Assembly (NCBI GenBank): GCA_048884785.1
Contig: JBHLQM010000015.1
Span: 1 to 49,440, forward strand
Length of the DNA: 49,440 nt
Source: Candidatus Thorarchaeota archaeon
GTDB taxonomy: Archaea; Asgardarchaeota; Thorarchaeia; Thorarchaeales; Thorarchaeaceae
Direction of reading: 5' to 3'
The translations under genes and the position numbers were made by a program. Below, in pieces: positions 38,712 to 48,679 of the stretch. A model generated the notes under the pieces. It was not told the DNA's origin. It made no database searches and saw only the letters and a program-made list of their open reading frames with translations. Position 1 is the stretch's first letter. Each line of letters starts with the position of its first letter.

Positions 38712-39812
38712 ATGGACCGATGGATAATGCATATTGACATGGATGCCTTTTTTGCATCCGTCGAACAATATCGGATTCATCCAGAGCTAATCGGAAAACC
38801 CGTTTGTGTGGGTCACGATCCCAAGCAAGGTAAAGGAAGAGGCGTTGTAAGGGCTGTGTCCTATGAGGCGAGGGCGTATGGTATTCATTCTGGAATGCCT
38901 GTTTCAAAAGCCTATAGACTCTGTCCGGAGGCTGTTTTTGTACGAGGAGAGTTCTCTAATTACACTGAAGCCTCAGATGAGATTATGTCAGTGCTTGCTC
39001 GATTTGCTGATGGAGGTAGAGTTAGGAGAGCAAGTATCGACGAGGCCTATATAGAAGTGACTTTTGGAGTACAGGACTATGCTTCCCCAGTTGAGATGGC
39101 TAAAGACATTCAAGCTGCGATGAAGCAAGAAACCAATCTTCCTTGTTCTATTGGAATTGCGCCAAATATATCCGTGGCAAAGGTGGCTACTGGAACTAAG
39201 AAGCCTAATGGTATTACAATGGTGGGACCCAGTACAGAGGCCGTAGCTAAATTTCTCTCGCCACTTGATGTTCAAGTCCTAAACGGGGTCGGCGCAAAGA
39301 CCGCAGAGCATCTGAGAAACCATGGTATTGAAACTCTTGGACAGATACAGAAAATGACTGTCCCACAACTATGGCCAATAATGGGTCGTGGATCTGCTTG
39401 GCTCTTGAATAGAGCATCTGGAATTGATGATCGGCCATTGATTGATAATGGACCTAGGATTAGGAAATCCATTAGTAAAGATCGTACATTTATGGAAGAC
39501 GTAGAGCCAGAATCTGTTGATTATCTGAGAGGAGAAATATCCAGGATCTGCAAGAGGATTGCTGAAAGACTATCTTCAAAATCACTCCAATTCAGGACTG
39601 TCACTATAAAACTTAGATACAGCGATTTCTCTACTATCCAACGAAGTCGGAGTATTCCTACAAGTACAGGTGACGCTTCAATTCTAGAAAAAACTGCATT
39701 AAACATCTTTGAACATGAACGAGATAAAAAGCGCTATGTCCGCTTACTTGGGGTTAAGGTTTCGGGACTATCTGAAATATCGGCTCAAGCGTCAATTACT
39801 GATTTTCTGTGA
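38712..39812 (+). CDS. dinB: DNA polymerase IV (Y family)
   Basis: HIDMDAFFASVE, YEAR, SIDEAY, KPNG, GVGAKT, RLLGV; C-terminal PIP box QASITDFL. Confidence 0.95.
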   Translation: MDRWIMHIDMDAFFASVEQYRIHPELIGKPVCVGHDPKQGKGRGVVRAVSYEARAYGIHSGMPVSKAYRLCPEAVFVRGEFSNYTEASDEIMSVLARFADGGRVRRASIDEAYIEVTFGVQDYASPVEMAKDIQAAMKQETNLPCSIGIAPNISVAKVATGTKKPNGITMVGPSTEAVAKFLSPLDVQVLNGVGAKTAEHLRNHGIETLGQIQKMTVPQLWPIMGRGSAWLLNRASGIDDRPLIDNGPRIRKSISKDRTFMEDVEPESVDYLRGEISRICKRIAERLSSKSLQFRTVTIKLRYSDFSTIQRSRSIPTSTGDASILEKTALNIFEHERDKKRYVRLLGVKVSGLSEISAQASITDFL

Positions 39813-39893
39813 TAAAGTCGGATGCTTCTTATGTTCTGCAGCCTTCCCAATTTCGACTAATGATGGCGTTGCTTCATCTTGGTGCGTGCGTGA

Positions 39894-40607
39894 ATGAGAG
39901 AAAACTCCGAAGTCTACACCTCGAAATTCATAGATCGGCCAAATAGATTTCTTGGCCGTGTTCTGCTTAATGGTAATGCCGTAGAGGTCTTCATTCCCAA
40001 TCCTGGCCGAATGTATGAGTTGATGGTGCCTGGAAAGGAGGTCTATGTCAGACCAGTATCCACATCCCATCGAAAAACACGATTCAATTTGATAGCAGTA
40101 AAACATGATGGAGTCATTGTATCAATTGACTCGAATCTGCCTAATGCATTCATGAAACAAATGTTCAGAAAAGGACAGATGAAGGAATTCGAAAACTTCT
40201 CAACAATAATAGCTGAGCCGCGAGTCTATGATGGTCGATTCGATTTCAGACTTGAGGGTGATTCGCAAGTTGCATTTATTGAGGTAAAATCGTGTACACT
40301 GGTTGAACGTGGTAGGGCCATATTTCCAGATGCTCCTACAAAAAGAGGTACACGTCACATGCTTTCACTTGCTCGGGCTATCAAAGAAGGTCTAGCTACG
40401 AGGGCAGCTGTTTTTTTTGTCATTCAGCGGCCCGATGCTCGAATCTTTTCTCCTAATGATCCCACTGATTCTAACTTTGGTAATGCTCTGCGAACAGCGC
40501 AACGGAAAGGTGTCGAAGTATATGCCCTTAGTACACAGGTAGTAAACTGGGATCTTTCATTTATTGGTCAGGTTCCATTGGAGCTAGACTATTTTTCCTC
40601 AGAATAA
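39894..40607 (+). CDS. sfsA: DNA/RNA nuclease SfsA
   Basis: RPNRF, NPGRM, RFDF, IEVKSCTL, FPDAPTKRG. Confidence 0.93.
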   Translation: MRENSEVYTSKFIDRPNRFLGRVLLNGNAVEVFIPNPGRMYELMVPGKEVYVRPVSTSHRKTRFNLIAVKHDGVIVSIDSNLPNAFMKQMFRKGQMKEFENFSTIIAEPRVYDGRFDFRLEGDSQVAFIEVKSCTLVERGRAIFPDAPTKRGTRHMLSLARAIKEGLATRAAVFFVIQRPDARIFSPNDPTDSNFGNALRTAQRKGVEVYALSTQVVNWDLSFIGQVPLELDYFSSE

Positions 40608-40671
40608 TAGGGTTTCTTCAGATATGGCTTGATGCATCAAACTTTTTTGGTCTAATTCTTTTGAAGATTTC

Positions 40672-41814
40672 ATGCGAGGAAAGATAGGAGCAAGGGTTTT
40701 ACTGACGATTGGCAATTGGTATAGGTTTCTATTCATTCTTGTTTTGCTCCTGCTATTCCCGTATCGTCTATATTTTTCAGATAATAGTGTTTTAGCCTAC
40801 GAGAGTCTTTTCTTTATTCTGAATTTCAACTGGGGCAATATCATATATTATAACGAATTCTCCTTCATTAGTTTGGTGAACTTGCTCCTCGTAGCCATCC
40901 CCAGCGTTTATTTCACATTTCGCAATATTCACCGGCGAGAAAAGGAATCAATGGCAGTTCTAGCTCTAATCTGTACTGTCCTAACATTTATTGTATTGAC
41001 AATTATCGATTTTTCAGGAATGATTTCACGCCATCAAGTAGATGTGAATCCGACTCCCAATCTACAGTATCTTCCAGGCTTTGGCATCTTGCTTCTATTA
41101 TTTACTGTTTTTGTTCCAATATTCCGAGAGTACGGCCCATGGAGAACCAAAAATGCGGCCAGGAAACGAAGTCCAAAGTCTTTGATGCCATCAACAATTG
41201 GAGCCTGTGTGGCCCTTCTACTGTTAGTTCTTCCTGCTTTCGTGCAAATTGTATTCCTGAATCAAGGAAATATTTCGTACTGGACAGTTCAATTCACTGC
41301 ACCTTTTTATACAGCAGTAGTCCAGCTAATTTCATTTGATGCCAATCTAGAATTAACAGCTACGTTTGTATTTGGAGGCTATTATTTCTTCCAGAATATA
41401 ATTCAAGCTTACACCTTTAGTAGCATATTCTCATTCTCTCTTCTATACCACTTGAGAGGTAGAATACGTTATCGAGTATTTCTTTTCATCACACTTGTAA
41501 CACTGGCACCTTCGTTATTTCTAGTGTTCCTACAGGTCATATCTGTGCTGGCATTTTCTTCCTTACCACTCCTGATTCCACTGCCATTGCTACATATTTT
41601 CGGTTTTCTCTTACTTGTTAGAAGCAAAGCAATTATAGCAAGAGTTCCCAAAGATGATCTGCAAGTGTATCAACCGGAGGAAGTAAAGGTTCCTGTTCTA
41701 TACATTTTGAGGTCAATTATCATTCGAATAAACAGGGCAATAAAAAATAATGACAAAGCCCTTACAGATGATTCTAAGAATAGGTCAAGGAAAGAGGAGG
41801 ATTATATTCAATGA
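40672..41814 (+). CDS. Hypothetical multi-pass membrane protein
   Basis: About 8-10 hydrophobic segments, apparently in two similar halves; co-oriented with the ABC genes. Confidence 0.7.
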   Translation: MRGKIGARVLLTIGNWYRFLFILVLLLLFPYRLYFSDNSVLAYESLFFILNFNWGNIIYYNEFSFISLVNLLLVAIPSVYFTFRNIHRREKESMAVLALICTVLTFIVLTIIDFSGMISRHQVDVNPTPNLQYLPGFGILLLLFTVFVPIFREYGPWRTKNAARKRSPKSLMPSTIGACVALLLLVLPAFVQIVFLNQGNISYWTVQFTAPFYTAVVQLISFDANLELTATFVFGGYYFFQNIIQAYTFSSIFSFSLLYHLRGRIRYRVFLFITLVTLAPSLFLVFLQVISVLAFSSLPLLIPLPLLHIFGFLLLVRSKAIIARVPKDDLQVYQPEEVKVPVLYILRSIIIRINRAIKNNDKALTDDSKNRSRKEEDYIQ

Positions 41815-41826
41815 GGAGCCCTGCTT

Positions 41827-42798
41827 TTGCAAATCGGCAAAAACCCAAAGCGCCAAGGAGGCTATTCTGAAATCTTGAAATCGGAAAAAGAAATCATCTC
41901 CCGAATGAGCGGACCAGAGCTAATTCGACTCGCGCAAGCCCTCAGCTTGCCTTTAACAAGCAGACATGTTGCAAGAGCTATAATTGAACAAGACTTGTAT
42001 GACGCCATTATCTCCTCCAGAAGTCCATCTTCAAAGGAAGAAGTAAGCAAACTTCGGACTCCAGCAATCGAAATCAAGGGCATGCGAAAGGAATTTGGAC
42101 GGAAAGTTGCAGTAAATGCTTTGGATTTGGCAGTGAATCCTGGCGAAATTGTAGGACTAGTAGGACCAAACGGGGCCGGAAAAACTACAACACTTAGAGT
42201 TCTGACTGGAATAATAAAACCAACCAATGGCGACGTGTTTGCAAATGGGTTTGATATTTCAAGGAGTCCCATTAAGGCCAAGATGAGAATTGGCTATATT
42301 CCAGAACGTCCTACTTGTTATCCTAGTCTAAGAGTTCTGGAATACCTTACTTTCATTGCTAGAATTTATGATATTCCCAGAATTGATGCACTCCTAAGAA
42401 TTAGGGAGTATGTTGATTTATTCCAACTAGATGAATTTCTGTCAAACTATATCGGGACACTTTCAAAAGGTAATCTGCAGCGGACATTGCTCGCTGGGAT
42501 TTTCGTACGTGCGCCACCTTTCATTCTTGCACTTGATGAGCCAATATACGGTTTAGATCCGAGGGGTGCCTGGAGCTTGAAGGTTCTTCTGAGAAGGTTG
42601 AAGAAGGAAGGTTCCGCAATATTGGTCTCGACACACATTCTTGAGGTTGCAGAAGGTCTCTGTGATAGATTCTACATCATGAACTATGGTGACATAGTTG
42701 GTTCTGGCAGTCTCAGCGAGCTAAAGGCTCAGTGCCCCGGAACAAATAGTCTCGAAGAAGTTTTCCTTACTTTGACTGGTGGCATTCCTGAGGAGTGA
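41827..42798 (+). CDS. ABC transporter ATP-binding protein (ABC-2/exporter type) with N-terminal extension
   Basis: GPNGAGKTT, LSKGN, LALDEP, STH. Confidence 0.92.
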   Translation: MQIGKNPKRQGGYSEILKSEKEIISRMSGPELIRLAQALSLPLTSRHVARAIIEQDLYDAIISSRSPSSKEEVSKLRTPAIEIKGMRKEFGRKVAVNALDLAVNPGEIVGLVGPNGAGKTTTLRVLTGIIKPTNGDVFANGFDISRSPIKAKMRIGYIPERPTCYPSLRVLEYLTFIARIYDIPRIDALLRIREYVDLFQLDEFLSNYIGTLSKGNLQRTLLAGIFVRAPPFILALDEPIYGLDPRGAWSLKVLLRRLKKEGSAILVSTHILEVAEGLCDRFYIMNYGDIVGSGSLSELKAQCPGTNSLEEVFLTLTGGIPEE

Positions 42799-44387
42799 AT
42801 CGAATGAGGGTTAAAACACCTTTGCTGATTAAAAATGAGCTAAAAATGCTCTATAATCAGTTCATCATCGCAATCACTACCCCTTCAATGCTGGCATTTT
42901 ATATAATCACATTTTCAGGAGCCTTATTTGTAAGTTCAATAACCTCAACATTGTTTAATCTAGCACCTCTCTTTACTCCTCTTGGAAGCCTGATTGAGTC
43001 GATTATTGATCGATCGGCTGTCTTTACAGCTCTTGGTCTCCTAACACTAACATCAATCATAGGAGGCTACTTTGGAGGTGGACCTGCAGAAGTTCTCGAG
43101 AGTCCAGATGAGTATATTCTAATGCCCTCTCCGGTACATCCTCATCAATTGTTTATTGGGCGATATATTCGTAGAATTATAAGAAAATTCTTCTATATTG
43201 TCATTGGAGTGGTAATCGTTATCCCATTGATTTCTGAATCTGGATTAGTAGCGGGTTCGATTTTACTTGTTCTAGGATCTATCATCGTATTTCTTGAAAT
43301 CAACTACTTTCTGGGAAGCATCAGTGGTATCTTGAAAAAGAAACTAGGCTACCGATATTCAGGTAGATTTAGACATATCCTATTGCCGGTAATTCTAGCA
43401 ATCATATACATACCTTCACTTCCTTTTTCAACCTGGCACCCTTTTGTACAATTGTCTATGCCAGGAAATCTGATGTCCATTGTTTTAATGGAATCAACTG
43501 GGATTCACAATGTTGGTTTTAGTGTCCTCCCTGTTTTTGGCTTGCTTTTACTTTCCTATTTTATTGCTCTACTAGTTCTCTCAAACATTAGCGACTACGA
43601 CTATTATGAAATGTTCTCAATGAATATGTCGAGAGAGGAAGCAGAAGGACGTTTCAGCAGAAGCATTAGGGGCCAAGTTGATTTCTCAGAATCAAGGTAT
43701 AATGACCCGATGATATGGATAATACTCAAGGATTTCTGGAGCAAAATGAGAACTCCGCTTCAATTCTGGAAATACCTATATGTTGCCTTTGGAACTATAT
43801 TCGGATTATATCTGATCATCATCCAGCCTAGCTGGCTGATGCCTATTCCTTTACCTCCTCAATATATGCATTCAGTCACTCCTGCATTTCTTCTTATCAT
43901 TATTTTAGTAACCCAAATGGCCGCTCTCACATCACTTTTGGCGTTTGTAGATGAGAAAGATAACATCTATCTCCTTCGTGCCAGTCCGTTCAAATCCAAG
44001 GACATTGTTCTCGCTAAATATATCTTGAGCGTTCTAGAGGTGTCTCTCACTGCCCTGCCAATCTATCTCTTCATACTCTACTTTTTCAGAGTGCCAGGCT
44101 CATTCTATTTGGCGTCTCTTGCTGCACCAATGATCATTGTCTTCTCTTCTACGGGGATTATGGCCGGAGCATATGTTCCTGTTTTTACTAATGATCCGAA
44201 GAATCCTCCTGTACCTCTTGCATTCTCATTCCCATCAATTAATTTGATTCTCGGTGGAATAATGATTTGGATGGCCTCGGTTTTCGGAACGGATCCATTC
44301 CTAATTGCATTGCTGCCAGCATTTACATTGGTGATGGTGGTTCTCTTTCTCTCACTTTCTAATCATGCTCTCAAATCATACAGGTGA
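42795..44387 (+). CDS. ABC exporter permease
   Basis: About 12 TM helices, duplicated halves (LMPSPV...RY; LRASPF...AKY); overlaps the ATPase stop. Confidence 0.8.
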   Translation: MNRMRVKTPLLIKNELKMLYNQFIIAITTPSMLAFYIITFSGALFVSSITSTLFNLAPLFTPLGSLIESIIDRSAVFTALGLLTLTSIIGGYFGGGPAEVLESPDEYILMPSPVHPHQLFIGRYIRRIIRKFFYIVIGVVIVIPLISESGLVAGSILLVLGSIIVFLEINYFLGSISGILKKKLGYRYSGRFRHILLPVILAIIYIPSLPFSTWHPFVQLSMPGNLMSIVLMESTGIHNVGFSVLPVFGLLLLSYFIALLVLSNISDYDYYEMFSMNMSREEAEGRFSRSIRGQVDFSESRYNDPMIWIILKDFWSKMRTPLQFWKYLYVAFGTIFGLYLIIIQPSWLMPIPLPPQYMHSVTPAFLLIIILVTQMAALTSLLAFVDEKDNIYLLRASPFKSKDIVLAKYILSVLEVSLTALPIYLFILYFFRVPGSFYLASLAAPMIIVFSSTGIMAGAYVPVFTNDPKNPPVPLAFSFPSINLILGGIMIWMASVFGTDPFLIALLPAFTLVMVVLFLSLSNHALKSYR

Positions 44388-44395
44388 TAATATTC

Positions 44396-46357
44396 TTACT
44401 TCCCTTTTCTTGCTAGTCGAAGTGCATTGGCTATTACTAAGAGCGTGAGCCCCATATCTCCGATCGCAATAGCTATCCACAATGTCACTGCACCAAAGAT
44501 TGCCAAAATCCCAATGAGTATCTTTACGCTAATAGATATTGCAACATTCTGACGTACGATTTGCATCGTCTTCTTCGAACGGGAAATTAGTCTTGGAATT
44601 CTTCTCAGGTCTTGATCCATCAAGGCAATATCTGCCGTTTCCAATGCGGCATCGCTTGAAATTACTCCCATTGCGATTCCGACATCGGCTGCCGCTAACG
44701 CTGGAGTATCGTTTACACCATCTCCAACCATCACAGTTGGGCCCGTTGCGGAGAGCAATTTTACATGCTCCACTTTCTTCTCAGGAAGAAGCTCTGCTTG
44801 ATAATCTATGAATCCTAAACTAGCGGCGACTTCATGTGCAGAACTTTCTGCATCGCCTGTAAGCATGACCGTCTTGATACCTAACTTTGCTAGTTTATCA
44901 AGCGCTTCTTTTGTCCCCTCGCGAATTGCATCTCCCAATATTATTGTGCCAAGGTGCAATCCATCTTTGACTACATAAACAAGTGTCCCATTACCGCAGT
45001 CATGGAATTCAGAGGGAATGGAAACATTGTTTTCAATGAGCATTAGGCGGTTTCCGATAATATAGTTACTATCTCCGATCGATCCCCTTACTCCTCGTCC
45101 TGGGATATTCAAGAAATCTCTGGCTTGCGGAACTATGATTCCCTCTTCTTTTGCCTTTGAAACAAGTGCCTGTGCAATTGGGTGTTCTGACATAATCTCA
45201 AGAGCAACTGCAGCCGCAAGAATGTCCTCTCTTGAGGAACCATTATGCAAACAGATATTCTCTACAGACAACGTTCCTTGAGTTAAAGTTCCTGTTTTGT
45301 CAAATGCAACTATTTTGGCTCTACTAAGTGATTCCAAGTAGTTGGAACCTTTTATCAAGACTCCTTCTCGTGCTGACCCTGCAATTGATGAAACCATGCT
45401 CACAGGAATCGAGATGGCAAATGCGCACGGGCAAGATACAACAAGTAGAGTGAGTCCTCTATAGACCGAATCCTCAATAGTTGCGCCCAAAAGGAAAGTT
45501 GCCAACCCCAATATTAAAGCTCCAGCTACAACTATTGGCGTGTAGATGTGAGAAAACCTCGAAACAAAACGTTCAGGCGACGATTTCCCTTTACGGGCTT
45601 CTTGAACAAGTTCGACAATTCGTGATAGAACACTGTCTTTCGACCTTTTTGTTACTTTTATCTCAAGATAACCATCGATATTGATTGTTCCAGCAAATAC
45701 GGCATCACCCACAGATTTTGAAACAGGTATCGATTCACCCGTAATTGGAGCTTGATTGACTGTTGAAGATCCTTGAACAACTTCTCCGTCCAGTCCAATC
45801 CTTTCTCCAGGTTTCGCAACATATACCTGTCCAACTTGCACATCGTCGGGGGAAGAGCACGATTCTATTCCATCTTGCTTTAGAGTAACGCTCGGAGGCT
45901 CTAAATGTATTAGCGCTTCAATCTCCTTTCTGACGCGGTCTCCTGATTTTTCTTCTAGCAGCTCAGCAATAAAGAAGAGAAACATCACAGCTGCTCCTTC
46001 AGCAGGATCTCCAATAATGATTGCACCAAATGCAGCTACGGTCATTAGGAAACTTATGCCAAGATGTCCTTTCAAGAGCCCTTTGAGGCCATTAGGAATT
46101 ATCCATCTTCCAGAAGACAAAACGGCGATTATGAAACTGGCATATACAAAGTACCATGGATATAGCATATAGCTGAGTAGAAATCCAATGAGTATGAATA
46201 CTGCTGAAGAAAGAGCAAGAACATATTTTATTCGAAAACTCACTGATTCCTTTGTTGCCCTTTCAGCCTCACAGTGATGACAGACAGGCCTATTCTCCGC
46301 TGATATGGTTTCTTGCAGTCCTGAGTATGGTTCTGATGCATTCGTCTTGGAGCTCAT
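44396..46357 (-). CDS. P1B-type heavy-metal (Cd/Zn/Co) ATPase
   Basis: TGES, SCPC, DKTGT, SEHP, GDGVND, N-terminal CHHC. Start uncertain because it overlaps the ArsR gene. Confidence 0.93.
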   Translation of the reverse strand: MSSKTNASEPYSGLQETISAENRPVCHHCEAERATKESVSFRIKYVLALSSAVFILIGFLLSYMLYPWYFVYASFIIAVLSSGRWIIPNGLKGLLKGHLGISFLMTVAAFGAIIIGDPAEGAAVMFLFFIAELLEEKSGDRVRKEIEALIHLEPPSVTLKQDGIESCSSPDDVQVGQVYVAKPGERIGLDGEVVQGSSTVNQAPITGESIPVSKSVGDAVFAGTINIDGYLEIKVTKRSKDSVLSRIVELVQEARKGKSSPERFVSRFSHIYTPIVVAGALILGLATFLLGATIEDSVYRGLTLLVVSCPCAFAISIPVSMVSSIAGSAREGVLIKGSNYLESLSRAKIVAFDKTGTLTQGTLSVENICLHNGSSREDILAAAVALEIMSEHPIAQALVSKAKEEGIIVPQARDFLNIPGRGVRGSIGDSNYIIGNRLMLIENNVSIPSEFHDCGNGTLVYVVKDGLHLGTIILGDAIREGTKEALDKLAKLGIKTVMLTGDAESSAHEVAASLGFIDYQAELLPEKKVEHVKLLSATGPTVMVGDGVNDTPALAAADVGIAMGVISSDAALETADIALMDQDLRRIPRLISRSKKTMQIVRQNVAISISVKILIGILAIFGAVTLWIAIAIGDMGLTLLVIANALRLARKGK

Positions 46358-46616
46358 AGTAAATATTCCTTCCATCTCGTGTGTGTTTTACGAAACCCAT
46401 GTGCTCTAGCTTTGCCAATTGATGGCTGACACGACTTATGTCAATGCCAAGTGCATCGGCAATCTCAGATACAAAGAGTCTTTCAGCTTGCGTTAGTTCT
46501 GCGATGATTCTGACTCGTGTCTGGTCTGATAGGGCTTTGAAGATCTTTACTACTTCATCAACCTCAACACCGTGTAGTCGAACAGGGTATGACTTGGTCT
46601 TCGAAGATTGCATCAT
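46290..46616 (-). CDS. ArsR/SmtB-family metalloregulator
   Basis: FKALSDQTRVRII, VSHQLAKL, RDGRNIYY; SD GAGGTG before 46616. Confidence 0.9.
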   Translation of the reverse strand: MMQSSKTKSYPVRLHGVEVDEVVKIFKALSDQTRVRIIAELTQAERLFVSEIADALGIDISRVSHQLAKLEHMGFVKHTRDGRNIYYELQDECIRTILRTARNHISGE

Positions 46617-46639
46617 CTGACACCTCTTGCCTTTGACAC

Positions 46640-46663
46640 TTGAACATTTGAACAAACGTTCAA
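46640..46663. promoter_or_regulatory. Probable ArsR/SmtB operator
   Basis: TTGAACATTTG-AA-CAAACGTTCAA near-perfect palindrome with a TGAAC core, between an AT-rich TATA-like box (46674-46688, minus strand) and the SD. Confidence 0.7.
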
Positions 46664-46816
46664 ATAATAATGGGCTTATTAAATATAATGATTTAGGATT
46701 GCCTTGCCAATGGATGTTTGAATGATTCGCCACAATAAGTGTTATCAATAGATATAGGCTGACAGCACTGGGACCGATTGGTTTGACGATTATGTCACAT
46801 CAATAATGAAAGTTAG

Positions 46817-48616
46817 ATGAAGAATGTAAATCCGCAGATTATCCTAGGGGATGCGAGTGTGAGCAAGAGAAGAATGCCTAAAGCCGATATAGGAAGTCAA
46901 ATGGGCTCAGTTTACGAAAGGATTTTTCACTCAGCTCGCGATGGTGTTGTCGTAATTCAAGATGGAAAAATTGCCATCGCTAATCCGTCGTTCAGTGCTC
47001 TAACACAATATAATGAATCAGACTTATTGGGTATGAGTTTTGCCGAGTTGTGTGACGAGTCATCAACTACTGAACGAAGGGTTGAAGATAAATCGAATTC
47101 GACTTTTCGTATCAATATTATAGCAAGGACATCCAAGACCGTTCCGGTTGACATTGCACTAACGAAATTCGAGTATGAGCAGAAGCCAGCTCTTTTAGCG
47201 ATAGTTCGTGATGCGTCTTTTCAAATTGACCTAGAGCGGATTGCCCAAGCATCAGAGAGTAAGTATAGAAACCTCTTTGACTCATCCCCAATGGCCTACT
47301 TTTCGCTGAGCCCACATGGAATAATCCAGCAAGTGAATAATGCAGCAGCAGAACTTCTAGGATATCCAATTGAGGACCTTGTGCGGCGAAGCATATCGTC
47401 ACTATTCCCACAGAATGGAACATTCTCAGATAGTGGCAAAGTCCTCATTTCAGAAATAATGCAAGGAAAGGAGATCAAAGATCTAGAGGTTCAGATGGTT
47501 GATTCAGAAGGAAAGAGAATTTGGGTTAGTATAACTGCAAGTCTTCTGAAAAACCCAGGAATCATAAATGCAATTGGTCTGATGGCTGTAAATATTGATA
47601 GAAGAAAACTTGCTGAAGCTCGGGCATTTGCTAATCAAGAGCGGGCCGCATTGATTCTAGAAGTTATGACTCATGATTTGAATAACGTAAACCAGAGTCT
47701 TCTCTTTTCGCTTGGTCTGATTGATGTGCTTCCAGATCTTTCTCAACCGGGAAAGAACCTTGTTCAGCAAACCATTGATGAAGTAAAGAGGTCAGCTAGA
47801 ATGATCTCCAATCTTCGCTCAATATTTGACATGGGCGACTCTCCCCTTGAGTCGGAAGCAATGGACCTTGCTCCAATTGTTCAACAAGCGCTTCATATGG
47901 TTGAAGAAGAAATGCCATCAAAGAGGATCCTGCTCGGAATGGATTTTCAAAAAGGGGACATGATTATTGAAGGGCATCCTAAACTTCAGACAGTTTTCTT
48001 CAATATGCTTCTAAATTCCGCTCAATTTGATTCAAAGAATGAAGTTGTCATCAATCTTTCTTCGAAAAAAACCAAGTCAGGAGAAAAGATACGTCTGGAA
48101 ATAGAGGATTTTGGAAGAGGTATACCCGATTCTTTGAAAGAATACATCTTTAGAAGATCGGGACACCCAGACGCTCAGATTGTCGGACGTGGCCTTGGTC
48201 TAACTTTGGTTGATAGAATAATAAGTAGTCTGGGTGGAGAAATATGGGTTGAGGACCGAGTAGAAGGAGATTATTCACAGGGAGCTCGCTTCATATTGAT
48301 GATGCGTCTTTGGAATGAACGGAAAATACTCGAATGTGGTAGATTATCATGCGTTTCCTTCTATAGATCTGAGCATTGCCTATTTTGCGAACCTACTTTT
48401 GAAATACTGCAAGGAGTTATGGATGAATTAAGCATTCCCGTTTCTTTGCTAGAAGTGGTCAATGTTGATGACCCGCTTGCTGGAATCAGAGAGAGTGATC
48501 TGCCGATGCTGCCTTTCACAAAGATATGCAACCATGAAATTGTTGGCTTTGCCGATATTGATGACGTGCGAGTGGCTTTGATGAACCTCCTTATGCATCC
48601 GTGCTATCCCTACTAG
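46817..48616 (+). CDS. PAS-PAS histidine kinase with C-terminal CxxC thioredoxin-like domain
   Basis: EVMTHDLNN, FFNMLLNS, EDFGRGI, GRGLGL; tail FYRSEHCLFC...MLPF. Start may be 46874. Confidence 0.88.
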   Translation: MKNVNPQIILGDASVSKRRMPKADIGSQMGSVYERIFHSARDGVVVIQDGKIAIANPSFSALTQYNESDLLGMSFAELCDESSTTERRVEDKSNSTFRINIIARTSKTVPVDIALTKFEYEQKPALLAIVRDASFQIDLERIAQASESKYRNLFDSSPMAYFSLSPHGIIQQVNNAAAELLGYPIEDLVRRSISSLFPQNGTFSDSGKVLISEIMQGKEIKDLEVQMVDSEGKRIWVSITASLLKNPGIINAIGLMAVNIDRRKLAEARAFANQERAALILEVMTHDLNNVNQSLLFSLGLIDVLPDLSQPGKNLVQQTIDEVKRSARMISNLRSIFDMGDSPLESEAMDLAPIVQQALHMVEEEMPSKRILLGMDFQKGDMIIEGHPKLQTVFFNMLLNSAQFDSKNEVVINLSSKKTKSGEKIRLEIEDFGRGIPDSLKEYIFRRSGHPDAQIVGRGLGLTLVDRIISSLGGEIWVEDRVEGDYSQGARFILMMRLWNERKILECGRLSCVSFYRSEHCLFCEPTFEILQGVMDELSIPVSLLEVVNVDDPLAGIRESDLPMLPFTKICNHEIVGFADIDDVRVALMNLLMHPCYPY

Positions 48617-48679
48617 TTGCTCTCCGATTAGATAGACCAAAGATTATTCAATACAGCCAGTTCAAGTTCTTTGATTAAG

